DNA from: Promethearchaeota archaeon
GTDB lineage: Archaea > Asgardarchaeota > Lokiarchaeia > Sigyniarchaeales > SOKP01
Assembly (NCBI GenBank): GCA_029838195.1
Contig: JALGVJ010000032.1
Coordinates: 1 to 39,985 of the forward strand
Length of the DNA: 39,985 bases
Direction: 5' to 3'
Below the pieces are notes generated by a model. That model was not told the DNA's origin and did no database searches. It saw only the letters and a program-made list of their open reading frames with translations. Positions 30,083 through 39,871 of this stretch are shown piece by piece (position 1 is the first letter of the stretch; every line of letters starts with the position of its first letter). A program made the translations under genes and the position numbers.

Positions 30083-30868
30083 ATGAAAATTGGTTATGTT
30101 CAATCGCACCCGATTTTTGGAGATAAAGAATCCAATTTCAAGGAAATAGGAAAACTAATAGCGGGCAAGAAAATGGATTTAATGGTATTGCCGGAATTAT
30201 TTTCTACGGGATATGCTTTTATTTCCAAGGAAGAAGCAGAGACTCTTGCTGAAGAAAAAAATGGTCCCACGGCAGAATTTCTTCAAGAGGTTGCTAAAAA
30301 GATAAATGGTATGGTAGTTGGAGGATTCGCAGAGAAAAGTGGTTCTAAGCTCTATAACTCTGCAATGATGGTCAAAGAAGAAGGCGTCTTAAGCGTGTAT
30401 AGAAAAATTCACTTGTACTATAAGGAAAAACTCTGGTTCCAACCCGGAAACTTGCCCTTGCGAGTTGTGGAGGGAAATGGCATTAAAATTGGAATGATGA
30501 TCTGTTTTGATTGGATCTTTCCCGAAACCATGAGAACGTTATCATTATTAGGTGCGGATGTCATTGCTCATCCCGCAAATTTAGTCCTCCCTTATTGCCA
30601 AAAAGCCATGACCACGCGATGCCTTGAAAATCGAGTACATGCCATCACGGCTAATAGAATTGGCTTGGAAAAACGAGGTGATGATCAATTCCTCTTTACA
30701 GGTAAAAGCCAAATAACCTCTATTGACGGCTCCATTTTATCCTCTGCTCCTGAAAATGAAGTACACGTAGATATCGTGGAAATTAATGTAAAAAAAGCAA
30801 GAAATAAAAAATTAAATGAATTTAATGACCTCTTCAAGGATAGAAGACCAGAATTTTATAAATTCTAA
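30083..30868 (+). CDS. Nitrilase/carbon-nitrogen hydrolase family protein
   Basis: Catalytic triad E (VLPELF), K (YRKIH), C (ICFDW); ANRIG; C-terminal DRRPEFY. Confidence 0.92.
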   Translation: MKIGYVQSHPIFGDKESNFKEIGKLIAGKKMDLMVLPELFSTGYAFISKEEAETLAEEKNGPTAEFLQEVAKKINGMVVGGFAEKSGSKLYNSAMMVKEEGVLSVYRKIHLYYKEKLWFQPGNLPLRVVEGNGIKIGMMICFDWIFPETMRTLSLLGADVIAHPANLVLPYCQKAMTTRCLENRVHAITANRIGLEKRGDDQFLFTGKSQITSIDGSILSSAPENEVHVDIVEINVKKARNKKLNEFNDLFKDRRPEFYKF

Positions 30869-30942
30869 TTTTTTTTCCTTCTTGAATTATAAAACAATAA
30901 AAAAGAATGGCAAAAAAAAAAAAAAACCAAACTAAATCGTGA

Positions 30943-31719
30943 TTAGGTAAATTTTGCCCGAAATTCCTTGATGAATTTCGTCTTATCTTCATGGACATAC
31001 CAATCGGAAGCCTCTTTTTCAATCTCATATGCTTCATGATACGACATGGAAGGAAAATGATTCACGCATAATTTAATTGCATTTAAAACCGTTTGCTGTT
31101 TGGTGGATAAAAATCTTGCTACTTCCAATGTTCTATTTAGCAACTCATCCCGTGATTCTACAACCTCATCAATTAATCCGATTTCTAAGGCTTTATCGGC
31201 TTCTATTTTTTGAGCAAACATGAGTAGTTTTTTAGACCAATTGATACCAAGAATCTTTGAAAATAAGATAGTGCATCCTGTTCCGGGAAAGATTCCAGAA
31301 TAAATCTCAGGCATTTGGAAAAAACTATTCTTAGTAGCTATTTTATAATCACAGCATGTTAAAAATACCACGCCCTCCCCCATGGTACGTCCATTGACTG
31401 CGCATAAGGTGGGCTTTCCATTAAATAATAACTCACAGACACTCGCTGCAGTGGCTTCCAATTCTTTTACAGCGGCATGGTCACTTCCATCAATAAATTT
31501 TAAATCCATGCCCGTACTGAAAGAGTCTCCATTATTAGTTAGAATAATCCCTCTAATGCCCTCCTCCTCTTGGCAAAATTCAATTGCTTTTTTGAGATTT
31601 CTCAATTGCTCAATCGTAAATGCATTGGCTCTATGGACTCGGTTAAGAGTGATCACACCAAATCGTTTTTGTACCTTGAATTCAATGTATTCTCCAAAAT
31701 CAAAATTTTTTGATTTCAT
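30943..31719 (-). CDS. Enoyl-CoA hydratase/isomerase (crotonase) family protein, paralog of 29207-29992
   Basis: ITLNRVHRANAF, FSTGMD, AVNGRTMG, FQMPE, ALEIGLIDEVV. Confidence 0.9.
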   Translation of the reverse strand: MKSKNFDFGEYIEFKVQKRFGVITLNRVHRANAFTIEQLRNLKKAIEFCQEEEGIRGIILTNNGDSFSTGMDLKFIDGSDHAAVKELEATAASVCELLFNGKPTLCAVNGRTMGEGVVFLTCCDYKIATKNSFFQMPEIYSGIFPGTGCTILFSKILGINWSKKLLMFAQKIEADKALEIGLIDEVVESRDELLNRTLEVARFLSTKQQTVLNAIKLCVNHFPSMSYHEAYEIEKEASDWYVHEDKTKFIKEFRAKFT

Positions 31720-31841
31720 GTGAGGTAAAAAGAAAAGATGCTTTAAAAATGAAAAAGATTAATAGGAAATGTCTCACATCAACATATATTTTAAGAATAA
31801 AATGATCTTAAAAAAAAATAAAAAATTAAAGAAAAAGTAAT

Positions 31842-33239
31842 TTATAATTTCAATTGTCTTATTCTTTCTTGATGCTCTATTACCTTGTGAGGCTTTAATT
31901 CGCAGAATTTCCAATAGACAAGAGTACCAAATAAAATACATATCATGGGAACGAGTGCCAAATGAACGTGAATTCCCCATACGGCTTCCTGGGTTTGAGT
32001 CGCCGAACCTTCTACAAATCCCGTTAGCTCATGGGTGATGGCGAAACTAAAACTTTGTATTATCAAACCCAATCGTCCAAAAAATTGTTGTATGCCCGTG
32101 AGCGTCCCTTCTTCTCGCTTTCCATATATAGCAACATGTTCATCGATTAGATCTGACATTACCGGAAATATCATTGACCAAAATCCACCAAGGGAAATCC
32201 CCCAAAAGAAAATGTTAATAATAATTCCGATATAGGATTCAAGAAAGATTAGAGGTGCCGTGAATATGCCCATGAGTAAGCCGGATATGATAGTAACTTT
32301 TCTATTATCATTGGTCTTTTTAGCTAACCATACCCAAAAGGGTATTGAAATTAGCGTGCCTATTAGCATGCTTGCCATCATTAACGTAGTTGCTCTTGCC
32401 TCCATCTCTAAAATAAATCTAACAACATAGGGTATTGAGCCGGTCATCGAAGGTACAAGTGTCTGATACATGAGATAAAGAACAATGTATGAGGCGAATG
32501 ATTTTTGTTTGAATGCAATGATTACTTGTTTAACAAAGGATTCTCGTTCTTTTTTTTCAATAGTTTTGGATAAATATCGTTCAATTATTTCTGGATCTTC
32601 TCGAAATCCTGGAATGGCTAAAAGCATTGTCACCAAGCTGACGAGCAAGCAAACAATTGCTTGAAGAACATAAGATTCCAAATCTCCGAACGTGATGATT
32701 AATGGAGGTAAAATTGAGCCTAATGCAACGCCTATCACTCCTAAAGCAATTTGAATTCCCGTTGCCGTTCTTCTCTCATCAACTGAGCGGAATTTATCGG
32801 GAAAAAGCGCTTGAAAATTAACAAAAAACAACGTATGAAAGGAATCAAAAAGAACAGTCGCAAAAATTAGCCAAAAAAACAAGGTCCAAGCTCCTGTTTC
32901 AGTTTGGGGATTCACTCGAGGTGGGGAAAATAAAAGAAAATAACAAATTCCCAGAGGAATTCCTCCAATGAGAATCCATGGGAAGCGTCGTCCCCATTTA
33001 CGGGTAAATTTAAAGGGTCGATTGGTTAAATATCCAAATAACGGATCATTAATGGCGTTATATATCGCGAAAATCGTTAGAGCCGTGCTGATATACCAGA
33101 TATTCAAGCCCACTTCACTTTCATAGAAGAAGAAGACGAAAGTATTGAACGCCATGAGGAGAAATTCACGAGACAAGGATCCAAATCCGAAACTTGCCAT
33201 GTTTAGCTTGCTATGCCTTATTTCAATATCGCTTTCCAT
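31842..33239 (-). CDS. MFS transporter, GPH/MelB (MFS_2) family
   Basis: YNAINDPLFGY...KWGRRFPW, DLIDE...KREGTLTG; visibly similar to 8055-9452. Confidence 0.9.
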   Translation of the reverse strand: MESDIEIRHSKLNMASFGFGSLSREFLLMAFNTFVFFFYESEVGLNIWYISTALTIFAIYNAINDPLFGYLTNRPFKFTRKWGRRFPWILIGGIPLGICYFLLFSPPRVNPQTETGAWTLFFWLIFATVLFDSFHTLFFVNFQALFPDKFRSVDERRTATGIQIALGVIGVALGSILPPLIITFGDLESYVLQAIVCLLVSLVTMLLAIPGFREDPEIIERYLSKTIEKKERESFVKQVIIAFKQKSFASYIVLYLMYQTLVPSMTGSIPYVVRFILEMEARATTLMMASMLIGTLISIPFWVWLAKKTNDNRKVTIISGLLMGIFTAPLIFLESYIGIIINIFFWGISLGGFWSMIFPVMSDLIDEHVAIYGKREEGTLTGIQQFFGRLGLIIQSFSFAITHELTGFVEGSATQTQEAVWGIHVHLALVPMICILFGTLVYWKFCELKPHKVIEHQERIRQLKL

Positions 33240-33741
33240 TTATAATCCTTTATTTTTAATTCAAATTAAAAAATTTAAAATGTTAAATAGTGAATAGGAT
33301 GTACTATTATATATAATTATCTTTCATGAAGCAATTGTTTAAAGAATTCAAAAGGTTCAGAACTTAATTAAAATTAAATTTCATGAATCCAAATTTAATG
33401 AATGAGAAAGTCAAATATATTCCATTATCCATGAAAAATCGTTATTGTAAGTTGTTTTCCTATTATTTTTTTTATTGAAATTACCCTTTCTTCTTGCTCT
33501 CTATAATAATAAAAAAAAGTTAATAATATAAACGCATGTATCCGTCAAGAGAAAATCCGTCAAGGAGTTTCCATTCGACTCCTGTTAAAAAATGTACCTC
33601 AACTCGTGACTCGATAGTGGTAAAAAATTATCAAAGGCGGTGGGATCTTTAATTCCAATGAAATCCCTGTAGCAGAGCAAGCATTTTTTTTTAAATTTAT
33701 TTGGTTTTAAACAAGAAATGGATTTTTCTCTAACGAGCCCA

Positions 33742-34392
33742 TCATTTAAGAGATTTCCATACTTCAATCATTAGCATGGCGGTCCAAGTGCAAAAGCCAT
33801 ACACGACAATTTTTTGCATAATAACATTCATGAACATGAAAAATCCAAAGATGAACAGGAGAATGAGGATTGAAAAGCCAATGCTAATGATGGAATATAT
33901 AATCGAATAATTCTTGTTGATCAAAATGGCGATGGAATAGACGATTATGGCTATAGCAAATAACAAGAAAAAATAGATCGTGGTAATCACGTGTTCGATT
34001 AGGTGTGTATCAGCAGCGTATATAGCAAGAAGCATGAGCAAGGGGGCAGAAATGATTCCTAAAATCGATCCAATCCGGCTTAAAACCTTCATGAGTAAAG
34101 TATCTCGAAACAGCATGGTAACTAAAATCCAAAAATCAATGAGAGCAAGTCCGGCAACCACACAGGAAATGACAAATAACGTTCTCGAAATAGGATTAGG
34201 AACCCCATTTCTCGTAACGGTGGTTCCTAAATCACTCAAATAATGGCCAATAAAATTATATCCATCGGGATATGCAAGCATGGCAATGAACGTGATAATA
34301 ATGAATTGGAGTGCTCCGGCAATTGCGAATATACACAATAACTTCATTCTTGAAGAGGCATTTTTAATTTCATTCATGGGTAAGATTTTCAT
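33742..34392 (-). CDS. Membrane protein, DUF998-like
   Basis: YPDGYNFIGHYLSDLG motif, conserved His (IEH), about 6 TM helices. Confidence 0.65.
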   Translation of the reverse strand: MKILPMNEIKNASSRMKLLCIFAIAGALQFIIITFIAMLAYPDGYNFIGHYLSDLGTTVTRNGVPNPISRTLFVISCVVAGLALIDFWILVTMLFRDTLLMKVLSRIGSILGIISAPLLMLLAIYAADTHLIEHVITTIYFFLLFAIAIIVYSIAILINKNYSIIYSIISIGFSILILLFIFGFFMFMNVIMQKIVVYGFCTWTAMLMIEVWKSLK

Positions 34393-34531
34393 TAGTTTAT
34401 TTTATTTAATTTAATATTCTTTTTCCAAAGAAAAAAAGTTAACCTTTTATACAATATCTAAGTAGTTATTATAAAGAACATGAAAAAATGCTGGGAAAAC
34501 TAATTAAAAAATAGATGCAAGAAATATTTGG

Positions 34532-36631
34532 ATGCAGGAAATAAAAAAAAAGAACCGAGCTGAAAAAACATTACTCAAGAAGGATTTAAAGGCTTGTTCC
34601 AATTTGAAAACGGTGTTTAATGAGATAAATCAACACCTTTATGGTAAATTGAAACATACCGATACGGATACACGAACGCGTTCAAAAGAGATAATTAATC
34701 TATTATCATGTAAATTAATAGATGAAGTTTCCAAAAAGCCGGAGGAACACGTGGATTTTTGCTTGAGAAAAGGAGAAGAACAAGAAAGTGTAGCTCGCAG
34801 GATCAAAACATTTTTTAAAAATCAAGTAAAAAAAAAATATTCGGAAGTGATCAATGAAAACGAGCAGATCACGTTAAATGACGAGTTAATTTTTCTAATC
34901 GTGAAAGAATTGCAAGGATACTCTTTATTAAATTCTTCTACAGATGTATTAAAAGATGCTTTTGAAGTATTTGTCGGGAAAATCTTAAAAGATGAGAGAG
35001 GCCAATTTTTTACACCATCTAATGTCATTAAATTCATGGTTAGTTATTTGAAACCGGAACTTAATTCTAAGATTTTGGATCCGGCTTGCGGTCATGGGGG
35101 CTTTCTATTGGAAATAAAAGAATATTTATGGGAAAAATGCAAGAAACAAGGGATTTCTCATGATAATGAACAAGAGATGAAAAAAAAGATCGTTTCTAAC
35201 TTATATGGTATTGATAAGGATTTACTTCTTGCACGCACCTGTAAATTATATTTAGAAATTTTGAGTGGAGGTTCAGCAAAAATTTTTTGTGAAGATTCCT
35301 TGGATCCCATCAGCTATTATAAAGAAGCAAAAAATTACATAAAAAATGAGGAATTTGACCTCATTTTGACTAATCCTCCGTTCGGAAAAACCATTCCAAT
35401 AGATGATCAAAAGATCTTGTGTAATTATGAACTTGCACATTCTTGGATAAATAAAAACAATGGGTGGGAAAAACAAGGTACCTTGAGCAAGAAACAACCC
35501 CCACAGATATTATTCATTGAACGATCTATTCAACTTTTAAAAGAAGGAGGGAAATTGGGGATCATTTTACCCGAAGGACTGTTTGGAAATCCCACGGATC
35601 GTTATATTTGGCATTTTTTAAAAAAAAATGGTAAAATTTTGGGAATAATAAGCTTGGATCAAAATACTTTTCAACCCTATACATGTAATAAGGCGAGTAT
35701 TTTATTTTATCAGAAAATGAAACATCCTCCAAGCGACTATGATATTGATTTTGCCATTGTAGAGAATGTGGGACATGATAAAGATGGAAAAATTCTCTAT
35801 CAATTGAATAAAAACGGAACGGTTAAAATAAATTCTTCCGGGACTCCCATGATTAATGATGATTTGATCGATCTTCACGAGAAAATAGAGAAGGCCGAAC
35901 CTTTTAATGTTGATAAACAACAAAAAATTTTCAAGCTAAAGCTGAGTCAAATTAAAAATGATATTTTCATACCCAATTATTACATTTCTGTAGAAAAAAC
36001 TCTGCAATCCTTGAAAAAAAACCAAAATTTCTTGTTATTGTCATTCAAAGAATTAGTAGAAAAAAAGATCATTTATACGAGAAAAAATGGATATTTACCT
36101 CGAGGGGATGAAATTGGCTCAAAACTTTATGGATTGGGGGATGTGCCTTTTATAAGAACCAGCGATTTTTTTAATTGGGAAATTAATTTAAAATCAAATA
36201 AAAAAACCTCTGAAGAAGTATATAATCTATATAAAGAAAAGCAAAATATTGAAGTAGGAGACATTTTACTGGTAAAAGATGGAAGTGCCAATTTAATAGG
36301 TAATACCGCTTTCGTCACGGAATTGGATACTAAAATCATCATTCAAAGCCATATTTATCAAATAAAAGTGTTAAAAAACAACATGAAAATTGACCCCTAT
36401 CTCCTCTTATATCTTCTAAATTTAGACGTGGTACAAAAACAATTTCAAGCCATAACCTTCATACAAGGCACTATTGCGACGATAGGAAATCGCATCATGG
36501 AAGTCATCCTACCCGTACCCTCAGATCCGAAGAAAAGAGAAGAAATTTCCGGACAAGTAAAAAAAATTATCGATACGAAAACAAAACTTAGAAAAAAACT
36601 CTTAAAACTCTCCCTTGAAGGCTTGCTTTAA
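34532..36631 (+). CDS. N6-adenine DNA methyltransferase (HsdM-like) fused to a C-terminal specificity (HsdS/TRD-like) domain
   Basis: GQFFTP, DPACGHGGFL (motif I), NPPF (motif IV), GIILPEG; C-terminal VPFIRTSD...GDILLVKDG...IGN. No nuclease motif recognised. Confidence 0.85.
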   Translation: MQEIKKKNRAEKTLLKKDLKACSNLKTVFNEINQHLYGKLKHTDTDTRTRSKEIINLLSCKLIDEVSKKPEEHVDFCLRKGEEQESVARRIKTFFKNQVKKKYSEVINENEQITLNDELIFLIVKELQGYSLLNSSTDVLKDAFEVFVGKILKDERGQFFTPSNVIKFMVSYLKPELNSKILDPACGHGGFLLEIKEYLWEKCKKQGISHDNEQEMKKKIVSNLYGIDKDLLLARTCKLYLEILSGGSAKIFCEDSLDPISYYKEAKNYIKNEEFDLILTNPPFGKTIPIDDQKILCNYELAHSWINKNNGWEKQGTLSKKQPPQILFIERSIQLLKEGGKLGIILPEGLFGNPTDRYIWHFLKKNGKILGIISLDQNTFQPYTCNKASILFYQKMKHPPSDYDIDFAIVENVGHDKDGKILYQLNKNGTVKINSSGTPMINDDLIDLHEKIEKAEPFNVDKQQKIFKLKLSQIKNDIFIPNYYISVEKTLQSLKKNQNFLLLSFKELVEKKIIYTRKNGYLPRGDEIGSKLYGLGDVPFIRTSDFFNWEINLKSNKKTSEEVYNLYKEKQNIEVGDILLVKDGSANLIGNTAFVTELDTKIIIQSHIYQIKVLKNNMKIDPYLLLYLLNLDVVQKQFQAITFIQGTIATIGNRIMEVILPVPSDPKKREEISGQVKKIIDTKTKLRKKLLKLSLEGLL

Positions 36632-36675
36632 GTGTCATTCAATTTGATCTATTTACACGGGTGAATGCGAATTCT

Positions 36676-37158
36676 TTACCAAAACTCGCGGAAAAATTGC
36701 TTAATGAGAGCCTTGAAATTCGCTTCAAAGCGTTCTATGGAACTAAAAAAACCATCCACTCGTTTTTTATATATTTCTTTTCTGAGATCCACAAAAGGAG
36801 ATATGTTCGAAGAAGTACGATGCTGATTAAAAAAAACGCTCTCGTATTTACTTAAAATTGAATTAAAAAAATCATTTATCTTAATAAATTCCCGGAAAAA
36901 ATAATTATCATTATAAATTTCACTCCACGTTTCCTTGGAACATGATAAATCTTCTTGATTTTCTTTTTGATTGAGGATGGCGTTGTATGCATCCTGTAAT
37001 TCAATAAATTTTTCATTTGCCTTTGGATCCCCTTTATTTAAATCAGGATGATATTGTTTGGCTAATTTATGGTAAGCTAATTTTATTTCATCTTCAGAAG
37101 CTCCTTCCTTGACTCCTAATATTTCAAAATATTTTTGGAAGCCTTTCATGGGAATCAT
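36676..37158 (-). CDS. J-domain (DnaJ-like) protein
   Basis: YFEILGV...[18 protein letters not shown]...FIELQDAY; no zinc-finger or substrate-binding domain. Confidence 0.88.
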   Translation of the reverse strand: MIPMKGFQKYFEILGVKEGASEDEIKLAYHKLAKQYHPDLNKGDPKANEKFIELQDAYNAILNQKENQEDLSCSKETWSEIYNDNYFFREFIKINDFFNSILSKYESVFFNQHRTSSNISPFVDLRKEIYKKRVDGFFSSIERFEANFKALIKQFFREFW

Positions 37159-37403
37159 GCAAAAAATTTCATGTTTAATTCTCGATTAATTATAAATATT
37201 CTAACTTTACTAAAATCTTAAAAAATAATTCATGAATTTAAATTTTAATTATGATCAGCCCATTATTTTTCTTTTTTTTAAATTATATATCATTTTTAAA
37301 AGATGAAATAGTTTATTTGAATAACTATTATAAAATTTTAAATATAAAGTTATCAAATTATTTAATGTAAATATAATAAAAATTATCGAATTAGGTAATT
37401 CTA

Positions 37404-39188
37404 ATGAGTGAAGAAATACCAACACCTTGGTTTAATTTTTGGCCAGAAGGAGTACCAAAACATATTGATTATGAAGAAATTTCCCTTGGCGACTTATTAA
37501 GAAAATCTGCAGAAAAATATCCGAAATCCCAAGCCCTTTTTTTTGAGGGCTGGCGTTGTACCTATGAAAAATTAGATTTATTAGTTGATCAATTTGCAAC
37601 GGCTCTCTTAAAAATAGGGGTTAAAAAAGGAGATACTATTGCTATTGATTTACCAAATTCCCCTCAATTTGTAATTGCTTATTATGCGACCGTTAGATTG
37701 GGAGCAATAGTAAATCCAATTATACCTTTACATAAATTTGTTGAAATTGCATATCAAATAAATGATTCTAAAAGTAAAATTTTAATAATTCTAGACGCAC
37801 TTTATGAAGGATACTTGAAAGGAAAAGATCTTTCTAAAATGAAAACATTAAAAAGTATTATTTTAACGGGAATAACAGAATATCTCCCAAAAATTAAAGC
37901 GATTTTAGGTACTGCTCTTGGAAAAATCCCCCACATGAAAAAAAGTGCTTGGCCAGCCCGTGTTGGAAATATTGACTTTTATAAATTTCAAGAATTGCTT
38001 CAAAAAGGTATTCCTATTGATGTGCCGGATGTTAAAATCAACCCTAAAACTGATACCGCAACCCTCATTTATACTGGCGGAACTACAGGGATTCCAAAAG
38101 GCGTAGAACTCACGCATTATAACCTTTCTGTAAATGCACAACAAGGAATTGCTTGGATTGAAGGACAATTGCCCGAAACTAAGAAATATCGGGGTAAGGG
38201 AGGAGTAGGGTGCTTGATTCCTTTTGGACATGTTTTTGGCATTTCCACGGGAATGAATTTAGGAATTGCAAATGCATACAAACTCATTCTATTCCCTTCT
38301 CCTCCAGAGAAGAGATCAGATGTATTAAAATATCTCATGAAGGAACAAGCAATGTATATTCCAGCAGTTCCCACGCTTTACAATCAAATAAATCAAGACC
38401 CTGATTCTAAAAAATATAAGGGGAAATTGACATCATTAATTGCTTGTTTAAGTGGAGGTGCTGCTTTACCCGCCGAAGTAAAAAGAACTTTTGAAGATTT
38501 AACGGGAGCCTTAATTATTGAAGGTTATGGTGCGAGCGAAACATCTCCTATAGTTACTGGTGGACCGTTTCATCGTTATAAGATTAACTCTACCGGACTT
38601 CCCATGCCGGATACATTGATAAAAATTGTAGATGCCGAAAAAGGTACAAAACTTTTAGAGATTTGTCCTAAGGAAAACTGCAATGAATGTGGAGAAAAAG
38701 AGGCTGAAAAATATATTGGAGAATTATGCGTAAATGGGCCTCAAGTCATGAAAGGTTATTTCAATAAACCTGAGGATACTGCTAATGCATTAAGAAAAGA
38801 TTCACAAGGAAGAACATGGTACTATACTACGGACATTGCTTGTATTGATAGAGAAGGTTATCTTCATATAAAAGACAGAAAGCGGGATATGATTAAATAC
38901 AAAGGACATGGTGTTTTTCCGGCAGAAGTTGAAAATTTAATGTATCAATACGAGCCTATAAAAGAAGTGGGCGTGATTGGAGTACCACACCCCGAAGGTC
39001 CTGGAGAAACTATTAAAGCTGTGGTTTCATTAAAAGACGAATATAAAGGAAAAATTACAGAGAAGGACATCCAAGAGTGGTGCAAAGAAAACATGAGCCC
39101 ATATAAATATCCTCGTATAATTGAAATAATTGATGAACTTCCTAAAACTCTTGTTGGGAAAATACTTCGAAGAGAATTACGGAAGTAA
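37404..39188 (+). CDS. Long-chain acyl-CoA ligase (AMP-forming, FadD-like)
   Basis: YTGGTTGIPKG, EGYGASE, GPQVMKGY, DRKRDMIK, LPKTLVGKILRRELR. Confidence 0.92.
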   Translation: MSEEIPTPWFNFWPEGVPKHIDYEEISLGDLLRKSAEKYPKSQALFFEGWRCTYEKLDLLVDQFATALLKIGVKKGDTIAIDLPNSPQFVIAYYATVRLGAIVNPIIPLHKFVEIAYQINDSKSKILIILDALYEGYLKGKDLSKMKTLKSIILTGITEYLPKIKAILGTALGKIPHMKKSAWPARVGNIDFYKFQELLQKGIPIDVPDVKINPKTDTATLIYTGGTTGIPKGVELTHYNLSVNAQQGIAWIEGQLPETKKYRGKGGVGCLIPFGHVFGISTGMNLGIANAYKLILFPSPPEKRSDVLKYLMKEQAMYIPAVPTLYNQINQDPDSKKYKGKLTSLIACLSGGAALPAEVKRTFEDLTGALIIEGYGASETSPIVTGGPFHRYKINSTGLPMPDTLIKIVDAEKGTKLLEICPKENCNECGEKEAEKYIGELCVNGPQVMKGYFNKPEDTANALRKDSQGRTWYYTTDIACIDREGYLHIKDRKRDMIKYKGHGVFPAEVENLMYQYEPIKEVGVIGVPHPEGPGETIKAVVSLKDEYKGKITEKDIQEWCKENMSPYKYPRIIEIIDELPKTLVGKILRRELRK

Positions 39189-39560
39189 AAATCAAATTGA
39201 AAAATTATTTTTTTTTATCGAATATAAAAAAGAGATAATTCCATAAATCTTTTAAAAGGTAATTTATTAAAGATTAAGAGAAATTGCATCATTTGTAATT
39301 TAAATTAAATTATTACATGTCCCAGTAATTTTAATCGAAGTTCTCTATTTAAAATTCTTTTTTTCATTTATGAATCTAAAACTTGTATAAAAGGAAATGA
39401 TAAGGTTGTTAAAATGAATTAGTATTTTACTCTTAAACCGTTGAAATGTTAAATCAAAAAAATGATTAAGAAATGGGAAAAAAAATGTACCTTGAATAAT
39501 AAATGGGAACATGAAATGATGTTTTTTTTTACTAAAATTAAAAAATGCATCAAAAATCAT

Positions 39561-39851
39561 TCACTCTTTTTTAATTATGGGAATTAATTGAATGGCTCCA
39601 TAGGGACACCTTTTGAAACATACAGAACAACCTCCACAAGATTTTTCCGTAATAATGGTAATAGCCTTTCCCTCAGAATTATATGCTCTTATTTTTAAAG
39701 GACAAAATTTGATACATGTTCCACAAGATCTACATTTCGAAATTATAGTAAAAGCAGAATATTTTATACTTGATAATTCATTAATTTTTTTCTGTAAACT
39801 CTTAGAAGCAGATTTCATGCTTTTATGGGGGGAAGAGGTGCTTCTTTCCAA
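39561..39851 (-). CDS. 2x[4Fe-4S] ferredoxin
   Basis: CRSCGTCIKFCP and CGGCSVCFKRCP; start codon uncertain (TTG 39851 or ATG 39818). Confidence 0.82.
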   Translation of the reverse strand: MERSTSSPHKSMKSASKSLQKKINELSSIKYSAFTIISKCRSCGTCIKFCPLKIRAYNSEGKAITIITEKSCGGCSVCFKRCPYGAIQLIPIIKKE

Positions 39852-39871
39852 AAAATAATTATTTATTATTA

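Noticed and set aside
33563-33583. TTCGACTCC as a tRNA T-arm
   Set aside because: No acceptor, D or anticodon arms can be built around it.
39345-39560. 71-aa ORF directly after the ferredoxin
   Set aside because: Phe-rich translation of T-rich terminator-like DNA; no motif.
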